From the NCBI GenBank assembly GCA_045114745.1, contig JBGULD010000042.1, positions 1 to 50,928 of the forward strand: a stretch of DNA of 50,928 bases, read 5' to 3'. Positions 48,673 to 50,928 of the stretch are shown one piece after another. The position numbers and the translations under genes are program-made. The notes under the pieces are model-generated. The model saw only the letters and a list, made by a program, of their open reading frames with translations, was not told the DNA's origin and searched no databases. The number at the start of each line of letters is the position of its first letter. The stretch's first letter is position 1. This DNA comes from Bacilli bacterium (lineage in GTDB: Bacteria; Bacillota_I; Bacilli_A; RFN20; CAG-826).

Positions 48673-49032
48673 TTATTCGTTGTTTCCGTTGTTTTCTTGG
48701 CTATTAGCAATGATGCCAAATATTCCACCTAATAAATAGAACACGTCACCGGAAAGAGCGCCAAAGACAATCATAACGATATGTGGTCCAGGATTCTTAT
48801 TATCTTCCTCGGTACTTTTAATTGCGTTTGTAGCAAGGACGATAACGACGATAATAAAGGCTAACCAAATGAGTGTTGATATTAAATTGCCAAGGTAATG
48901 TAAACCTTTATCACTAGCTAAATCAACAATCATAAAGACCGTGAAAAGAATAGCGACAATTGCAGCGATACCTAATAAAATAAAGCTGAAGACTCTGCCA
49001 ATTCTATACATTGTTTTAGAAGCGTTTCTCAT
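48673..49032 (-). CDS. Hypothetical membrane protein
   Basis: 3-4 TM segments; AAAGGAG SD. Confidence 0.7.
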   Translation of the reverse strand: MRNASKTMYRIGRVFSFILLGIAAIVAILFTVFMIVDLASDKGLHYLGNLISTLIWLAFIIVVIVLATNAIKSTEEDNKNPGPHIVMIVFGALSGDVFYLLGGIFGIIANSQENNGNNE

Positions 49033-49117
49033 ATCAAATAACTCCTTTCAAAGTGAATAATATACATATTTTTGTAAAAAATAAAAGGGATTTTAATGCA
49101 AATCCCCAATATTTTAT

Positions 49118-49816
49118 CTATTTTTTGTTTTCTAACACTAATTCTGGTTTACCGATCATGACCCTTGTATTGTCTGGAATTGATTCGGTTAAGAAAACGT
49201 TACTACCAATAGTCACATTATTACCAATCACTACATCACCACCCAAGATAGAGACACCAGCATAGATGGTTACATCATCTCCTAAAGTTGGATGTCTTTT
49301 AACATTTTTAAGTTGATGACCTTTAGCTAATGATAAAGCACCTAATGTCACACATTGATAAATCTTAGCTCTTTTACCGATAATGGTTGTTTCACCGATG
49401 ACGATACCAGTTGCGTGGTCTATAAAGAACGGACAGGCAATTTGTGCACCTGGATGAATATCCACACCAGTGATAATGTGAGCTTCTTCAGAAATGATTC
49501 TTGCGAATAGCTTTTCACCCAATAAATATAATTGATGAGCGATACGATAATATCTAATGGCTTTATAGCCAGGATAAGCTAAAACAATTTCATCCTTACT
49601 ATCAGCAGCGGGATCGCTATCAAAGAAGAATTGTAAATCTTCTTCTAATTGTTTTCTAATCATTGGTAAAGAATCGACAAATTTGTTTGCTTCTTCTTCA
49701 TCATTCTTGATAGAGGAAAGATAAAGTTTTTTAACGATTTGTAAGTCATTACTACAGTTAAGAACATAGTTCTCCGCTGAAGAATAAAACTCAATAATTT
49801 CTTTACTGCAAATCAT
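49118..49816 (-). CDS. cysE: Serine O-acetyltransferase
   Basis: DPAA, YPG, RIAH, TGVDIHPGA, FIDHATGIVIGET, KRHPT, hexapeptide repeats. Confidence 0.9.
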   Translation of the reverse strand: MICSKEIIEFYSSAENYVLNCSNDLQIVKKLYLSSIKNDEEEANKFVDSLPMIRKQLEEDLQFFFDSDPAADSKDEIVLAYPGYKAIRYYRIAHQLYLLGEKLFARIISEEAHIITGVDIHPGAQIACPFFIDHATGIVIGETTIIGKRAKIYQCVTLGALSLAKGHQLKNVKRHPTLGDDVTIYAGVSILGGDVVIGNNVTIGSNVFLTESIPDNTRVMIGKPELVLENKK

Positions 49817-49916
49817 ATTTTTTCCCTCCCGACATGTGATTATTTTAAATATTTTTATTTAGTTAGAAAAGAGAAATGATTTTTTCTTTACGAGAAAAAG
49901 AATAAAATAAATTAGT

Positions 49917-50672
49917 ATGTTAAAAATCTCGAAAGATAAATTAAAAAAATATCTTAAGATTGTCATCGTCTTATTAGTGGTTGCTTCCATCAGTGTCGGA
50001 CTCTTTTTCTTACTTAGAGCTTTCGGCTTAACTGATGTCAATTTATTAAAAGCCTGGTTAAAGAAAACTGGTGGTTGGGCAGTTATTGCTTATATTCTCT
50101 TAAGAGTGGTCTGCACCATATTCTTATCATTCATGCCAGCATGTAGCATGATATTTGATTTATTATCATTAGCCGCGTTTGATTATCTTCCACCATTTAT
50201 TATCTTTTTGATTTGTTTTGCTTCCGTTGTTTTAACATCGGTGGTCATGGATTTAATCGGAAGATTTGGTGGTAATAAAGCTATCGTGAAGATTCTTGGA
50301 CAAGAAGAATATGACGAAGCCAAAGATTTAGTGCAAGAAAAAGGGATGGTCTATGTCCCAATTATGTATTTATTACCAATATTCCCTGATGACGCAATTT
50401 GTATGGTCAGTGGTGCCACTAAGATGAATTTCTGGGTTCATTTATTAGAAATCATTCTTTGTAGAGGTATTGGCTGTGCTACCGTAATCTTTGGTGTACA
50501 AATTATTCCTAAGGAAGTTAGTTCATTCACTAGCACAAATGTTATTGATTATTTGCGTGTTGGTTTATTAATTATTGCCTACGTAGGGTTATTACTATAT
50601 CTTGCTAGAAAAGTCGACAAATGGCTTTCTGGATATTTAAAGAAGAAAAAAGAAACAAGGGATCCACATTAG
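49917..50672 (+). CDS. VTT/DedA (SNARE-associated) membrane protein
   Basis: IGRFGG, YLLPIFPDDAICMVSG, multiple TM segments. Confidence 0.85.
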   Translation: MLKISKDKLKKYLKIVIVLLVVASISVGLFFLLRAFGLTDVNLLKAWLKKTGGWAVIAYILLRVVCTIFLSFMPACSMIFDLLSLAAFDYLPPFIIFLICFASVVLTSVVMDLIGRFGGNKAIVKILGQEEYDEAKDLVQEKGMVYVPIMYLLPIFPDDAICMVSGATKMNFWVHLLEIILCRGIGCATVIFGVQIIPKEVSSFTSTNVIDYLRVGLLIIAYVGLLLYLARKVDKWLSGYLKKKKETRDPH

Positions 50673-50701
50673 TAGATCCCAAGTTCAGGAGTTCCCTCCT
50701 A

Positions 50702-50780
50702 TTGATTCTATCCTGAAGACGGACTATAATATTTATGGTGTTTGAGATAACAGGCTAGTCCTAACCTGTTACCTTTTTTT
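50702..50780 (+). ncRNA. Promoter plus ~45-nt small RNA ending in a terminator (candidate antitoxin)
   Basis: TTGATT(50702)-17 bp-TATAAT(50725), then taacagg/cctgtta hairpin (50748-50771) and a T run, with no ORF between. Confidence 0.55.
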
Positions 50781-50786
50781 ATTATC

Positions 50787-50849
50787 CTAAATTCGTCTTA
50801 GGAGTAATAAAAACACCAAGAATACCATGAAAGCCACGAGGGCTTCCAT
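50787..50849 (-). CDS. 20-aa hydrophobic peptide MEALVAFMVFLVFLLLLRRI (candidate type I toxin)
   Basis: Single hydrophobic helix with basic C-terminus; purine-rich RBS AGAAG 8 nt upstream, inside a cttct/agaag hairpin. Confidence 0.55.
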   Translation of the reverse strand: MEALVAFMVFLVFLLLLRRI

Positions 50850-50928
50850 AACATTATCTTCTTTCTAGAAGGGGAGGGAATCCTGAAAGCAAAACAATTT
50901 ACTTTCAAGAGAATTTCTTCCTCCTACT

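Noticed and set aside
50798-50854. MLWKPSWLSWYSWCFYYS as a Trp attenuator leader
   Set aside because: No co-oriented downstream gene to regulate; the next gene is convergent.

Overview
A low-GC, densely packed chromosomal segment of a Bacillota bacterium using translation table 11 (TGA ends dusB; Trp is TGG). The compact gene order and many lipoproteins suggest a genome-reduced gut/rumen Bacilli lineage such as RF39/RFN20 (inference). The first 13 kb is a streamlined housekeeping block on the minus strand: pth-mfd-S4 protein-tilS-ftsH-dusB-lysS, then rpsF-ssb-rpsR. The rest is accessory: a clostripain-family lipoprotein, a 1300-aa multi-domain subtilase, MarR plus a heterodimeric ABC exporter, a GH3 glycosidase, an aromatic-amino-acid-type ABC importer, a 1218-aa repeat protein, dCMP deaminase-folD, DUF2130, DUF1846, an endonuclease I lipoprotein, HIT, an MBL-fold hydrolase, GT2, cysE and several membrane proteins. 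No mobile element, CRISPR array, tRNA or rRNA was seen. The strongest unannotated signals fall below the ORF-track threshold: (1) a 19-aa Phe/Tyr-rich leader peptide (MKRNAFYYFYSFYFPRDNR) with competing hairpins and a terminator before the ABC importer, suggesting ribosome-mediated attenuation where Bacillota normally use T-boxes; (2) a candidate type I toxin-antitoxin cassette at the right edge; (3) GC-rich structured intergenic segments near the left edge; (4) many apparently leaderless genes. All RNA structures were read by eye, not computed.
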